Part shown: positions 25,395-36,916 of the stretch, in pieces | Position numbering within the stretch: the stretch's first letter is position 1 | Layout of the letters: each line of letters starts with the position of its first letter | Notes under the pieces: model-generated | What the model was told of the DNA's origin: nothing | Databases searched by the model: none | Seen by the model: only the letters and a program-made list of their open reading frames with translations | NCBI GenBank assembly: GCA_965603825.1 | Contig: CBFDEM010000018.1 | Coordinates: forward strand, 310,001-374,000 | Length of the DNA: 64,000 nt | Direction: 5' to 3' | Origin: Blepharisma stoltei ATCC 30299 | Lineage: Eukaryota > Protista > Ciliophora | Program-made: the position numbers and the translations under genes

Positions 25395-26807
25395 TTAGCG
25401 GTCTAGCATTGCCAGCTTCGATCCAATCCATTGGTTAATCAAAATTTCTTCTTGCTGTCTTGCCAGTATCAGTGACTGCGGGTCTCTTGGAGATGGAGAT
25501 TTCAGATCAAAGCAATGGGCAGCTTTTGAAATTTTGATTACCAACGTATTAGCGTTGATTTCATCTTGAATGCATCCTCCAGACCAAGGATCCATCACTC
25601 CTTGTGAAAAAACAATATTCGATGCATATCTCAGCGTAGAATTTACATTAGCAGTCATTCCATAATTAACAGGCTCCCAATCCAATCTTGGACTCACCCC
25701 AAATGTTTGCATGCATTGCTGACTAAACTGAGTAAAACTCCATGGGCGTTTAGGGAACATATCATTAGGCAACCCATACTGTCCATATGGCATTAAAAGT
25801 TCAGTACAAGTTTGATAAGTCCAAGGGTCAGCTTGCATGCTGGAATCATAATAAGTATCAAAGCAGGTTGTTTGGCCTGTGGAATTGTAAAAAATATCAG
25901 CAATTAATGCCAAACCTTGCAAAGTCGTCCACATATTTTCAGTCTGAGTATGCTGAGACATAATTGAGCAGCTTACGTTAACTGGAAATGCTGGAAGCGT
26001 GCCTGCAATATTGTAAGGATAAGGATAGTTAAATTGAGCCATCGTTTGAAAAGCATCGGTTAAGAAGTCTTCTAAGGCCATAACATCAGACATCTCATCA
26101 ATACTATTGCAAGTCTTAAAAATCAGCTCTAGCGCTGGGTATTGTAAAGGTCGATCTATAAAGTTGTCCAAAATATTGAAGCCGTCAAAAACGTTACCCA
26201 TACAATTTCGGTCTACTAAGAAATAGTCCATAGAAGCTATATGAGAAAATGATGAGCCGTCTGTATCAAGATACATTAAAAGCGGAGCTGAGCTTGCAAT
26301 TGCACCATCGACCAAATGAGGATATTTAATTCTAAAGAAAGCTGACAGCATTCCTGCGTAGGAGCCTCCGAATGCTACTACAGGAGTATTGTTTTGTGGC
26401 TTGAGTTGGCTTACGATGTCAGCGAAATCCCAAAGAGCTTGGTCTGTGCTTAAGTATTTGTAACTATAGGTATTAGGAATGGACTCACCATAATATCTGT
26501 GCTCTATAAATGCTATAGTTGCGTTGTATTTAGGCCCATAGTAGCCGACAAGAATCCCGGTAGCTGTATAAAATACTTCAATTGGGGCTTCTCCTCCAAC
26601 ATACACAAAAAGAGGAGAATTAGGATGGCCTTGTTTTAATAGGACTTTGATGTTGATGATTCCTGGATCTCCATTGATATGGTCCAACTTCTCAGTAAAA
26701 TATAAGGTTTGGTAGGAAGCCCCCACTTCAGCTGGAGTCACAAACCTAAAACTGCTTTTAAGTCTTGCCAATGCACCTATTGCAAGCAATAAGATTAAAG
26801 TCACCAT
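25395..26807 (-). CDS. Peptidase S28 (lysosomal Pro-X carboxypeptidase / DPP7-like)
   Basis: Signal peptide, EHRYYGES, FGGSYAGM nucleophile, ASSAP, QTCTE, DPW, AAHCFDL. Confidence 0.93.
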   Translation of the reverse strand: MVTLILLLAIGALARLKSSFRFVTPAEVGASYQTLYFTEKLDHINGDPGIINIKVLLKQGHPNSPLFVYVGGEAPIEVFYTATGILVGYYGPKYNATIAFIEHRYYGESIPNTYSYKYLSTDQALWDFADIVSQLKPQNNTPVVAFGGSYAGMLSAFFRIKYPHLVDGAIASSAPLLMYLDTDGSSFSHIASMDYFLVDRNCMGNVFDGFNILDNFIDRPLQYPALELIFKTCNSIDEMSDVMALEDFLTDAFQTMAQFNYPYPYNIAGTLPAFPVNVSCSIMSQHTQTENMWTTLQGLALIADIFYNSTGQTTCFDTYYDSSMQADPWTYQTCTELLMPYGQYGLPNDMFPKRPWSFTQFSQQCMQTFGVSPRLDWEPVNYGMTANVNSTLRYASNIVFSQGVMDPWSGGCIQDEINANTLVIKISKAAHCFDLKSPSPRDPQSLILARQQEEILINQWIGSKLAMLDR

Positions 26808-27075
26808 CTTTATATTGTCTGCAGCTCTCAACTTTTAGGAGTTTAAATAGAAATGTTCTTATAATAACTGAGATTTAAGTAGATTTAAGTAAGTCCAATA
26901 ATGTTGAGGATTAAGGTATTAATCATAATTATTGTAAAGGAAAATATATAATAGAACTGGGATGCTCGATATATACAGAAGCATGCTAGAATATTTGATG
27001 TTATTTTTTATAAATTTTGATACCCAAAGAGTTACTCTAGATAATCTGATAAGAGAATTTATATTTTTATTAAAT

Positions 27076-27828
27076 ATGAGCGGAGCAGGAACTGGGTACG
27101 ATTTATCATCAACCACTTACAATCCAGAAGGAAAAGTGTATCAAGTTGAATACGCCATGAAAGCTGCAGAAAGTGGAGGATCCATTATAGGACTGAAATG
27201 CAAAGATGGAATCGTAATCGGTGGAGAACGGAATGTCTTATCTAAGATGCTTGTTCAGCACAGCAATAAGTGCATATTTGGGATTACCAAAAATATCGGT
27301 GCAGTTGTCACCGGTGTGATTCCAGATGGAAAAGCTGTGATCTCAAGGGCAAGACAAGAAGCTACCCAATATGCTGAATTCTATGGAAAAGATATTGGCT
27401 CTACAGTGCTTGCAGACAGAGTTGCTCAATATATGTATCTTTTTACTCTATATGGAGGCTTAAGACCATTTGGCTGCTCCATTATTATGGCCGGCATTGA
27501 TGATGGCACACCAAAGCTTTTCTTAATCGAACCTTCAGGAGCTTATTTTGAGTATTTCGCTTGTGCTTCAGGCAAAGGAAACCAAGTATGCAAGACAGAA
27601 ATTGATAAGCTAAACCTTAGCGAATTAACTTGCAGAGAAGCTGTTTATCACATTCATAAGATGCTAGTCAAGAGCCGAGAAGAAGGCCAGGAGAAGAGAT
27701 ACGAAGTCGATATTTCATGGATGAATAGTGAAACTAACTTTTTCCTTGTTCCAGTTCCTGTGGAGTTTAAAGACGAGATGGAAAGAAAGGCTAAAGATGA
27801 TATTGAGAGTGAAGAAAGAGGAGATTAA
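27076..27828 (+). CDS. PSMA3: 20S proteasome subunit alpha-7
   Basis: MSGAGTGYDLSSTTYNPEGKVYQVEYAMKA, TLYGGLRPFG; true start is ATG 27076. Confidence 0.95.
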   Translation: MSGAGTGYDLSSTTYNPEGKVYQVEYAMKAAESGGSIIGLKCKDGIVIGGERNVLSKMLVQHSNKCIFGITKNIGAVVTGVIPDGKAVISRARQEATQYAEFYGKDIGSTVLADRVAQYMYLFTLYGGLRPFGCSIIMAGIDDGTPKLFLIEPSGAYFEYFACASGKGNQVCKTEIDKLNLSELTCREAVYHIHKMLVKSREEGQEKRYEVDISWMNSETNFFLVPVPVEFKDEMERKAKDDIESEERGD

Positions 27829-27884
27829 ATAAAGAATTAGAATAATAATGTGTGGATGGTTTAAAGGAACTGTGATATATTAAA

Positions 27885-30800
27885 TTATATATCATTTAAT
27901 AATTTTATAGTTTCATCTATCACTAGCTCAAGTACCATGTCTGCAACATCTAGCTTGACTTGGACCTCTTCTTCTTCATAGTCAAGTCAATTAATTTCTT
28001 CATCTTGCACATCTTGACACAGCAATCCGCTCATTTTTTCTTCCCTTAAAATCTGCAGCTTGTTTTCGTCAATTCCACCTTGCACAATCATGTCAGGAGA
28101 TGGATAAGCCCCACCTCTCAAGTATGCCCATTTGTACATATACTCTTTCACCCTTTCAAATACACTTACAAGCTGTGATTCTCCGAATAAAGTTCTTTGT
28201 CGAATACTTCATGGATCAGGCACTCCTCTAGTCCCATATGGTCTAATATAATTAAGTGCTTCATTCACACAATCAAATAGCATTTGCAAATAAATCTGCC
28301 TGGATGGAATATCTAGCGAATTAAATCCAGATTTTAATTCAGTGCACAGCTCAGGAGGTAAAATTAAGTCTAATGTTGGGTATTTCACCAATGTCCCAAT
28401 ATCCGCGTTTTGCAATAAATTAAGCCTACTTAGAGGGTCATGATACGCTGGAGTATTTATAGAATCCAAAATATCATTTTCAGCTGGTAAAAGTTGGCTC
28501 AGCATTACATCAAGATATTCATCAATAAATGCTAAATTTGGGTCTATCTGAGCACTCATTTCTTGGAATGGGATGATCTGTAAGTACAAATCAATTTCAT
28601 TAATAATCACTTGATTTATTAGTTCATCTGTATAATCATCAGATCTGGACGTAGAAAGAGTTTGGTCTTTAATGAGATCTGCAGAGTTATTTTCTATATT
28701 AATTGAAGAATTATCAGATTCTGAGTTCATTTCGGCATCAATTTGGTTTATTTCTTCTTTTGTAAAGAGTGGGGAAAATTTTCGATCCTGGTCAGGAGAA
28801 TTTCCTTCTATGTGCTTTCGTATACGCTTCATAATATCAAGATCAGAGTCGTCTGAACTGTCTTTATCAAAATCTTCAGTATCCAGAGGTAGAGGTGAGG
28901 AATTTCCTTCGTGCAAGCTTTCAAGGCTTGGGACTGAGTTCATTTCTCGATTAGAATTTGATGAAGAGGACCTATCTGAGTCGCTTAATCCAGGAATTTT
29001 CTTTTCTTCTAAAATTTCTTTATTCATAGGTTTTTTGATGGGCTCTGCCTTTTCATTGTAATTTTCTTTTTTGGGTTCTGAACCATTTGTTGGGTTATTT
29101 TTTTCAATAGAAAGGCTTGCTATACTTGCCACTAATTTAGGGCTTTCTTGAGAAAGGCTCGCGATACTTGCCACTAAAGTAGGACTTTCTTGAGGGACTT
29201 TGACAGGATTGGAAAATTTATTAATTTTTTCTTGTGGGAGTTTTGGAGAAAATAGATTTGATTTAGAAATTTCTTGTGGAAGTTTTGGAGATAATAAGCT
29301 TGGCTTAGAACTCTCTGGTGGGGGTTTAGGAGAAGATGACATTGGGGTGTTGCTTTCTGTTGATTTCAAAGAAAGCGGAATTGGATTGATATTTTCTGAT
29401 GGAATATTTGGAGATTGCTGAATTTCCTGGGTAGTTTTATTTGGGTTAACTGGTGTGCTGAAAATTTGCTTAGGATTTTCTTGGGGAGCTTTTACTTGGA
29501 AATTATTGATAAATTGTCTAGGACTTTCTTTCAGTAATTTTTGCTCATTTTTTTGTGCATTTGTATATTGTCTAGGACTTTCTTTCAAAAATTTTACTTC
29601 ACTGCTAAAAACACTTGAAATCAGCCTTGGGCTCTCTTTTGGTATTTTTCCTTCACTACTTAAAGTACTTGCAATTTGTCTAGGACTCTTCTCTTTAAGG
29701 ATTTTTGCTTCGTTATTCAAGGCATTTACAATTTGTTTAGGACTCTCTTTAGCCACCTCTTTATTAAACGTACTTGAGGTTTGCCTTGGACTTTCTTTGG
29801 GTAGCTTTACATCACTATTAAAATTGGCTGGAATTTGTCTTGGACTTTCTTTCAGAATTTTTATTTCATTACTTACAACTTGTCTCGGGCTTTCCTGCAT
29901 AATTTTAATTGATTGACTAGAGGTAGTCTCAATTTTTTCATTCCTTTCTTGTGTATCTTTGATCTCACTCTTTTCATTCCTTTCTTGTATATTTTTGACC
30001 TCATTCTTTGGATTCACAAATTGTCTAGGACTTTCTTTCAGGATTTTCATTACGCCTTCAGGAAGATTTTTTATTGGCATAGGTCTTTCTTCTATATCGT
30101 TTTGCTTAGCATTTTCTTGCGATGGCTTTGAAAATGATTTAATATTCTCTTGTGGGATCTTTGACAAATTTAAGGCTTGTTTAGGATTTTCTTGTGTAGA
30201 TTTCGGGAAACTAGAATTCGGATTGATATTGTGTTGTGGTAGTTTAGTATTCCCTATAAATGGATTAATCTTATCTTGAGAGGAATCTGAAATTGGTGTA
30301 GGACTTTCTTGAGGAATCTTATAAGTATTTGATCCCGCTACCCATAAATCTTCTTCAGAATCATTAGACTGCGTTTCACTATTTTTCAAATCTATTGACG
30401 ATGCCGAATCTTGCCCTTTAACAAAATTTCCATATCTTTTTGCTGAATTACTCTTAGGTTCTCCATCTTCTTGCTTTTCTTGAAAAGATTTAATTATTCT
30501 GTCTTGATAAGCATTTTGTATAAACTCAGGCTTATATGGCTTAATGTTTTGATCAATTTTTATTGGAAATTTTTGAACTGGCACTTTTTCTGAAATAAAT
30601 TGTTTTATTTCTGAATCCAATTTCTTTTTTTGTAGATTTCTTTCAGAATCACTCATTAAATCAGATTGATTTTCTTTTTTTATCTCAGTCACTTTTTTAT
30701 CAATTTGAATTTTTTTAGCTTGTTCTTTTATTACATTGGGAGATATTTCTTTATTTGAATCACTTTCTTGTTCATCAAGCATTGCTCTTAGATCTAAAAT

Positions 30801-33101
30801 CATAGGTGTAACATGTAAATCATTATCAGAAACTTCTTCTATTGTTTTTTCTTCTGCTTCAGAAACATTTTCGAATGAATTTTTATAAAAATGCTCACTA
30901 TTGTCTGGTTCTGGGATTTCATCAATCCTAAAATCTTGTACTCTGTGACTTGAAGGTTTATCAATTAAAAACCACTCAATTTTAGGAGAAAATGCTTCTG
31001 TATCACTTGATGCAGCGTGATCTCTCTCTTCAGTCTCTTCTGTGACATCTTTTTCTTGGCTAAGCGCATCTTGTTGTGATATAGATGAGCTTGATTCTTC
31101 AATTATTGGTTCTTCATAGTCTTCATAAACAGATATATAAGGTCCATTAGAAGTTTCGGACTCTTCTGATTTTTTCAATGAAATTCTTCCTATTGGCAGG
31201 AGTGGAATTTTTATAGGAACTCTATCGCGCTCAGAAGCTTCAGGTGTAGCTTCATAAGGATTCCTGCTTGATGATTCCGTTCCTCCTGTCCTTACAGCTG
31301 AATTTTCACCAATACTCCCAAGCTCATCAAGTTGTGCTTGTACCATGATTTCATTATCTAAAAATTTTTGTTCAATTTCAGAAAATCTGGTTTGTAAAGT
31401 AAGTCTAAACTGATCAACAAGCTCACTTTTGCTATTTTTCAAGCTATCAGGAGGGTCTTTAAAGTCAATTCACTCTTCATCTCTTTCTGTTTCTTGCCTT
31501 TCTATTGAAAATTTTGAAGTATTTTGGCTTTTTACTGGGATTGATAATTCTTCTTGGTTTGGAAAAGACTCAATTGATAATTTTTGCTTTTTATTAAATA
31601 ATGAATTTAATAAAGAGCTACTGAATCCTAGTTCTTCAGAAGAACGAGACTGGTAGGACTCAGTTATTTCTTCTATTCGTCTTCTATGATAAATATTCCT
31701 ATATCACCTTTGAATAATAATAGCAGCTTCATCAGGAGTATATTTATTTACAGATAACAATTTTTTAGTCTCACTTACTCTTTCTTGAAGAATTTTCAAT
31801 TTTTTCATTAATGCTTCGCGATTATCTTGAGTAGGCTCTTCCAATGATTCTTGTATATAAGGATGGACAGCGATATCTGAAAGCTCAGAGTCAGATTGAT
31901 TTTTTCACCCACTTAGATTATTTGATTTATAGTTCTCAATTTTTTTCATGTCCCTTTCGTGCTTATAACGGTTTAAAGGACTTACATATTGGCTTTGAGA
32001 TAGCGGGTCTACTAATAAGCGTTTTTTAGTTTTTAAGTTAGAGCTGGAAAGTTCATTTATGCGGCTGTTTCCTTCTTTCTTCTTTTTTTTCTTTTTTGTT
32101 TTCTTAAAAGCTGATTTTCTTTGTTTTTCAACCATTTCTAAAGCTCGTTCTCTTTCTTTTTCTTTGACTAATTCTTCAAGCCTGGTTTGGAGTTCTGCAA
32201 TTTTAATTTCTTTTTTTTTTAGCTGCATATATTTTTGTACGTTTGGATCTGGACTTCAATGGGGTTCCTTAATTTTGTCAGCTTCAATTTTAGGGCTTTT
32301 TCTTCTTGGTTTTATATTTGGGTATAAGTCTAGCCCGATATTTGCTCTCCTTTCATTGAGTGATCGTTCTCTTTCTGCTTTTTTCTTTTCTCTTAATTCA
32401 GCTTCTTCAGGATTTTTCACATATTCTTTGTTTTCAAATTTGGTTTGGTCAGCCCCTCAAGCCATTTTGTGTAGCTTTTTCTCTTTAGGTGCTTTTTTGA
32501 AATTTTGTTTTCGGATGGCTTCATTTGTTTTTTTCAGCTTGGTCTTTTTTTCCTCTTCTTTTTTCTTTGTTTCTTCCTCTTTTTTAATATTGATACTTTT
32601 TTCTAATTGATTTTTAGCAAGTGTTTCATAGATAATCTTTTTAATTTTTCCATTGGGAGCTGGCTTTTCTTTTATAATTTCGGTTTCTGGCTGTTTTGGC
32701 TGAAGAGGTTGAATTTTTCTATCACGCTTAGCAGATTTAGAACGTACTGGCTTAGGACTTATCTCGTGTGAGATTTTAGGTTCAGGAGGGCTTGCTAATC
32801 TTTTTGAAATTCCTTTTAAGCTTGATGATCTTTTAATGGGTGAAGTTTCTTTGCTTATTGCGTTTCTTCCTTTCAGATTGATATTTGTTTCAGATTTTCT
32901 GATTTGAGGCTTAGATTTTAATAAGTTTTCAGGCTTTTTTGTTAATGATTTTTTTGTAGCGAGGGTCTGCAGCGATTTGATTTTTTTCCCAGTTACAAAG
33001 GTAGAGTTATTATGAATTCCATTTGTATTTACGTTGAGGATATACTTTGGCGGTGAAAATTGGTTTTCAGTGACATACAGCAAGTCTTCCTGATTTTTCA
33101 T
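27885..33101 (-). CDS. Large low-complexity protein (1738 aa) with an IQ motif and a C-terminal DUF4378-like domain (CEP350/TRM-like, possibly basal-body associated)
   Basis: Three listed ORFs plus the gaps form one frame through 7 TGAs (32457, 32256, 31905, 31704, 31470, 28209, 27987). AAIIIQR-W-YR IQ motif; LFDCVNEALN...P-W and W-LDYEEEEVQVKLDVADMVLELVIDE at the C-terminus. Confidence 0.82.
29109..29192 (-). repeat. 42-nt tandem duplication encoding (QESPxLVASIASLS)x2
   Basis: Two adjacent near-identical 42-nt units at 29109-29150 and 29151-29192. Confidence 0.85.
29465..30050 (-). repeat. Degenerate coding repeat, about 9-10 copies of K-x-x-K-E-S-P-R-Q
   Basis: KILKESPRQ, KIMQESPRQ, KILKESPRQ, KLPKESPRQ, VAKESPKQ, KEKSPRQ, KIPKESPRL, KFLKESPRQ, KLLKESPRQ, mostly about 14-19 aa apart. 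Confidence 0.85.
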
Positions 33102-33331
33102 ATTAAGTCTTTAAATTTTGATATACTATTTTAAATCAATTTTAAAGACAATGATATTTCATTGCTAATCAAGGTAAAATATATTTTAGCGTAGTTTTAA
33201 ATAGCTTATTATAGCAATAACTATAAGATCATACTTTAATTATGCATTCAAGGAAAAAATAAAATTGCAATCTATGAAATTTTGGATTAATAATTGTTCA
33301 GTATTATAATATAATTTCCAAAATTTTTATA

Positions 33332-34228
33332 TTACTTTTTCTGATGTATTGGCATTGGAGTTATTGATATTTCAGGCGTTTGCACCGATAATCTTCTTCC
33401 ACGCTCAGCAGAGTATAAATCCCTCCCCTTTTTCGCACTTATTGAGCTATTTCTCCTTACATTGCATGACCTTGGTCTATTATGCTTCACAAGTTTTTCT
33501 TCACTTTTCGCCAAGCACTCCTGTATTTCTTTCTGGATTTTCTGCTTTCTTTCTTTATTTCTCTTATGAGCATTTTCTGCAGCATTATCAAAGTTATTTA
33601 TATAATTGCAGTTGCATTTAGTTGCCCTGCATTTTTTGCATTTTGCATTCATCTCCTCATGAAGTAATAAAACTGCGACAGTTGAGCATTTTATTCCATT
33701 TATATGGATTGGGCTTTTTTTCCTTACGTTTCTTTTCTTTCTTTTAGGGGAGTATAGTCGAGGTTTTTTTATTGATACAGAAAAACTGTTGTGAAAATTA
33801 TCAATAAGTCTAATTTTGTTTTCTAGTTCTGGATTAAGAGGGGTATTAGGATATATAGAAGTCTTACAGTCTGATAATGATGAAGTTTTTGGTCTTGAAT
33901 CAAAATGATCCCATGCAGAGTATTCTTGTCTTCTTTGAAATATCATTGGCTTATGTCTTGATACTCTTGCATAAGCTTCATATAAAGTTTGAGATGGGCT
34001 TCCCAATGATACTCTTCTTGCTATTGGCTGATATTCTTGACTTAGCTGAAGTTTGGAATCCAAAGAGCTGTTAAGAGGAAAAGGATTTTTGTTTAATTGC
34101 TTTGGGAAATCATTTTGTTTTTGGAACATTGAAAAATTTTGAAGCGCATATTCAATATTTGCACTGAGCCATGAACAACGGTCTCCTTGGATTGAGTCTA
34201 AGGAATATTTTTCTTCTTTAAGCTCCAT
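33332..34228 (-). CDS. Hypothetical basic protein
   Basis: 298-aa ATG..TAA ORF with a small Cys cluster (CKKCRATKCNC). Confidence 0.7.
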   Translation of the reverse strand: MELKEEKYSLDSIQGDRCSWLSANIEYALQNFSMFQKQNDFPKQLNKNPFPLNSSLDSKLQLSQEYQPIARRVSLGSPSQTLYEAYARVSRHKPMIFQRRQEYSAWDHFDSRPKTSSLSDCKTSIYPNTPLNPELENKIRLIDNFHNSFSVSIKKPRLYSPKRKKRNVRKKSPIHINGIKCSTVAVLLLHEEMNAKCKKCRATKCNCNYINNFDNAAENAHKRNKERKQKIQKEIQECLAKSEEKLVKHNRPRSCNVRRNSSISAKKGRDLYSAERGRRLSVQTPEISITPMPIHQKK

Positions 34229-34855
34229 TCTTATTAATATAAATGACTATTTATTTGAATATACAAGTCTAGTATACTCTAGGATAAGGTAAGATTGCTG
34301 GGGAATTAGTTGCTTTTCAGCTCTTAAGCTGGCTAATCATCTTATGCTTAATAAATAATTTTTAGCTTAGGAAGGCAATTTATCACTCTTGGATGAGGTA
34401 ATCTCAAATCTGGGGATAAATTAACGCTGCTTAATATCAATATATTGACTTGTTGTATTTTCAAATTTTCGAAAATTATTTAAATTTATGGCCCAAAAGA
34501 GAGACATTTGAATTAGAAATATTCCAATCTCCTTGGCATATTGCTGATAATAATCAGCATGATATTTCTTAAATATTTTATAATCTGTTAGTATGCGAAT
34601 ATCAAAATATATTCAAATGATATATTATAAGCAAGAGAGATTAATTAATATGCATGATAGACTAATCTGAAATTCTTCAGACTTGAATGCATATTAAAAT
34701 CACCATGCTATGCATAACTGATGATTTTGAATTTTAAACTCTCTACAGTTATACAAAGCATCCCTAACTAATAATTTCCATAATTACTTATGACATCAAA
34801 GTAAAACTCCATGGTTGGCTATTTCAAGCACATTACCTGCAATGTTGTAATAATT

Positions 34856-35872
34856 ATGTCTGCCCATAATAATAAAGTTTGCAGAAGTATTTCAGTGATA
34901 AGCAACTCCCCATTAGGCTTACCAACATTCAATCAAACCCCTATTTCCCTTGCCCCAGATTTTGCTTTATCATTGCTTAACAAAGAGCTCGAAGCTCAAA
35001 AAAATTGCTCAATTCAAGTGATCCAAGAGCTGGTAAATCTTTATAGACAAGCCATTGAATACTATGAATTTGTCAATGACCAAAAGTTCATGTATTATCA
35101 AGATCGTTTACATAAATTTTTAGTCAGACCTGATATTCTCCATGCAATGCAACAAGAAAATGAAAGACTAAAAATAACGAGAGCTACAAACAGAAAACCA
35201 AGAAGCCGAGCAACTACAATAGCCAAACTCCAACCAGTGAAATCGAACCCTGAGCACCGAAATTTGACTTCAGATGAAGTTAAAGCAATAATTCCACCAG
35301 TTTCGCCCAAAAAAATCAATAAAATAATGACAAAAAACGAAGATGAAACCAAAATAGTTACAAGCAAAACTGCTAATGACTTCAAAACACAAGATCTAAA
35401 TTTAGAAGAAAGGCTAATTAATAGAAGACAAAGATCTTCAAATACTTCATTAAATAGCAGCTTTAATCAAGACAGCTGCAGCCCGGATAAACGAGTGCAA
35501 ATCCCATATGACGATTTAAGTGACAATGAAGAAGAAACTCGGGTCAGCTCAAGAAGATCAAGCTCAATTTCGGTTAACCAAATCAATAATGAATTAAATA
35601 GAATACAACAAGAAAGGAAAGAGTTTTCTCCAGAAGTCCTGGAAAAGAGGCTAGAAGAGATTATGGAAAAACATTTTTGTGAGAAAACTGAAAGAATTGC
35701 AGAAATTAAAGTAAAATATGAAAGAGAAATGCAAAGACTTAGCGAGTCAGGGCTGGCTAGCAGAGGGAAAATGAATGAAATTAGGAGACTTATGAATGAA
35801 GAGATTGAAGCTGTAAATGCAGCTTTGGAATTTTCGAAACAAGGGGAATTACTCAAACTAAAAGAGTGCTAA
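34856..35872 (+). CDS. Hypothetical helical/coiled-coil protein (start may be 34811 or 34856)
   Basis: Long ORF; ELVNLYRQAIEYYE helical segment and C-terminal coiled coil. Confidence 0.72.
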   Translation: MSAHNNKVCRSISVISNSPLGLPTFNQTPISLAPDFALSLLNKELEAQKNCSIQVIQELVNLYRQAIEYYEFVNDQKFMYYQDRLHKFLVRPDILHAMQQENERLKITRATNRKPRSRATTIAKLQPVKSNPEHRNLTSDEVKAIIPPVSPKKINKIMTKNEDETKIVTSKTANDFKTQDLNLEERLINRRQRSSNTSLNSSFNQDSCSPDKRVQIPYDDLSDNEEETRVSSRRSSSISVNQINNELNRIQQERKEFSPEVLEKRLEEIMEKHFCEKTERIAEIKVKYEREMQRLSESGLASRGKMNEIRRLMNEEIEAVNAALEFSKQGELLKLKEC

Positions 35873-36049
35873 TATATATTACATAAATTCTGAACTTTAT
35901 ATATAAATCTCACCAAGATTGATGTTTTCTCAATTTTAAATTTTAATATAAATTTTCAATTTTCCAGAAAAATTTAGTGACTTGAAAATGAATTGATCAA
36001 GAAATATTATTTATTAGATATAGAAAAAAAATTATTGTGTGATTTTTTC

Positions 36050-36283
36050 TTAAAATAATTCACAATGGCACGATGGCTGCTGAGTGTTTTCTAAATGTGT
36101 TGCAGATTTTCTTGTAGAATACAAGGAAATGTTTATTGTGTTTTCAAATTCTTCTTCTGATCCTTCAGCTTGTGTATCTATATAATCATCGTCAAATTCT
36201 TTCGCGCAGGAATAAATGGTTTGTGTATAACTAACAATACTTGGAATTGAAGATATTGATTCACTATATTCTATGGATTGCAT
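36050..36283 (-). CDS. Small acidic protein ending in CHCELF (CaaX-like)
   Basis: 77-aa ATG..TAA ORF, more GC-rich than its flanks. Confidence 0.55.
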   Translation of the reverse strand: MQSIEYSESISSIPSIVSYTQTIYSCAKEFDDDYIDTQAEGSEEEFENTINISLYSTRKSATHLENTQQPSCHCELF

Positions 36284-36424
36284 ATCAATTTATTTAAATT
36301 TTATTAGTGGTTTAATATGATTTCTATTTTCAAAATGTCATCACTGATCTTTCAAAACCCTCATAAATATGGAGATTCTGTGCTAAGAAAATATATGTGG
36401 GCCTACGCAAAGGAAATTTTTATT

Positions 36425-36868
36425 TTATTTTTTAAGTTTATTTACATGAAATAAAAGACTTTTCAAAGGATTTTCTGTTTGGTTTTCATTTACCTGCAAA
36501 CTATTTTCAGATTCATTTCGGTCAGAAACCTGATTATTTTCATCTTTGCTTGTAGCATCCTTGCAGCTTGGCATCTCAGGGTATAGCTCTTTATTTTTGC
36601 AAATTTGTGTTCTTACAGATAAGCTTTGCTTAATTCCTAACAAATTTGGTTCCAAGTCCATTGATTCTCACCTCGTCACATTTAACGTACTCATTTCATC
36701 ACTAAATGTACTTTTAAGGCAGCATGTAAAACTATCTAAACTTTCAGCACAATTTGCATTTGGGCACTCATATCTTGAATTTGGACAGTTAATCTTATAA
36801 GAAATATATTCTATTAAGCAGGAAATAGAAAATGAGTATACCAGAGGAATCAGCAGTATCAATTTCAT
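36425..36868 (-). CDS. Small secreted Cys-rich protein, 147 aa
   Basis: Signal-like MKLILLIPLVYS; ORFs 36668..36868 and 36425..36661 joined by TGA; 8 Cys. Confidence 0.68.
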
Positions 36869-36916
36869 CTTTCTTATCGTTAATTTTAATAAATCTATTT
36901 AGATTAATAGCTTAGC

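Noticed and set aside
26871-26893. Short direct repeat AGATTTAAGT x2 in the S28/PSMA3 divergent spacer
   Set aside because: Two 10-nt AT-rich units, compatible with simple slippage; not a CRISPR or a mobile-element end.
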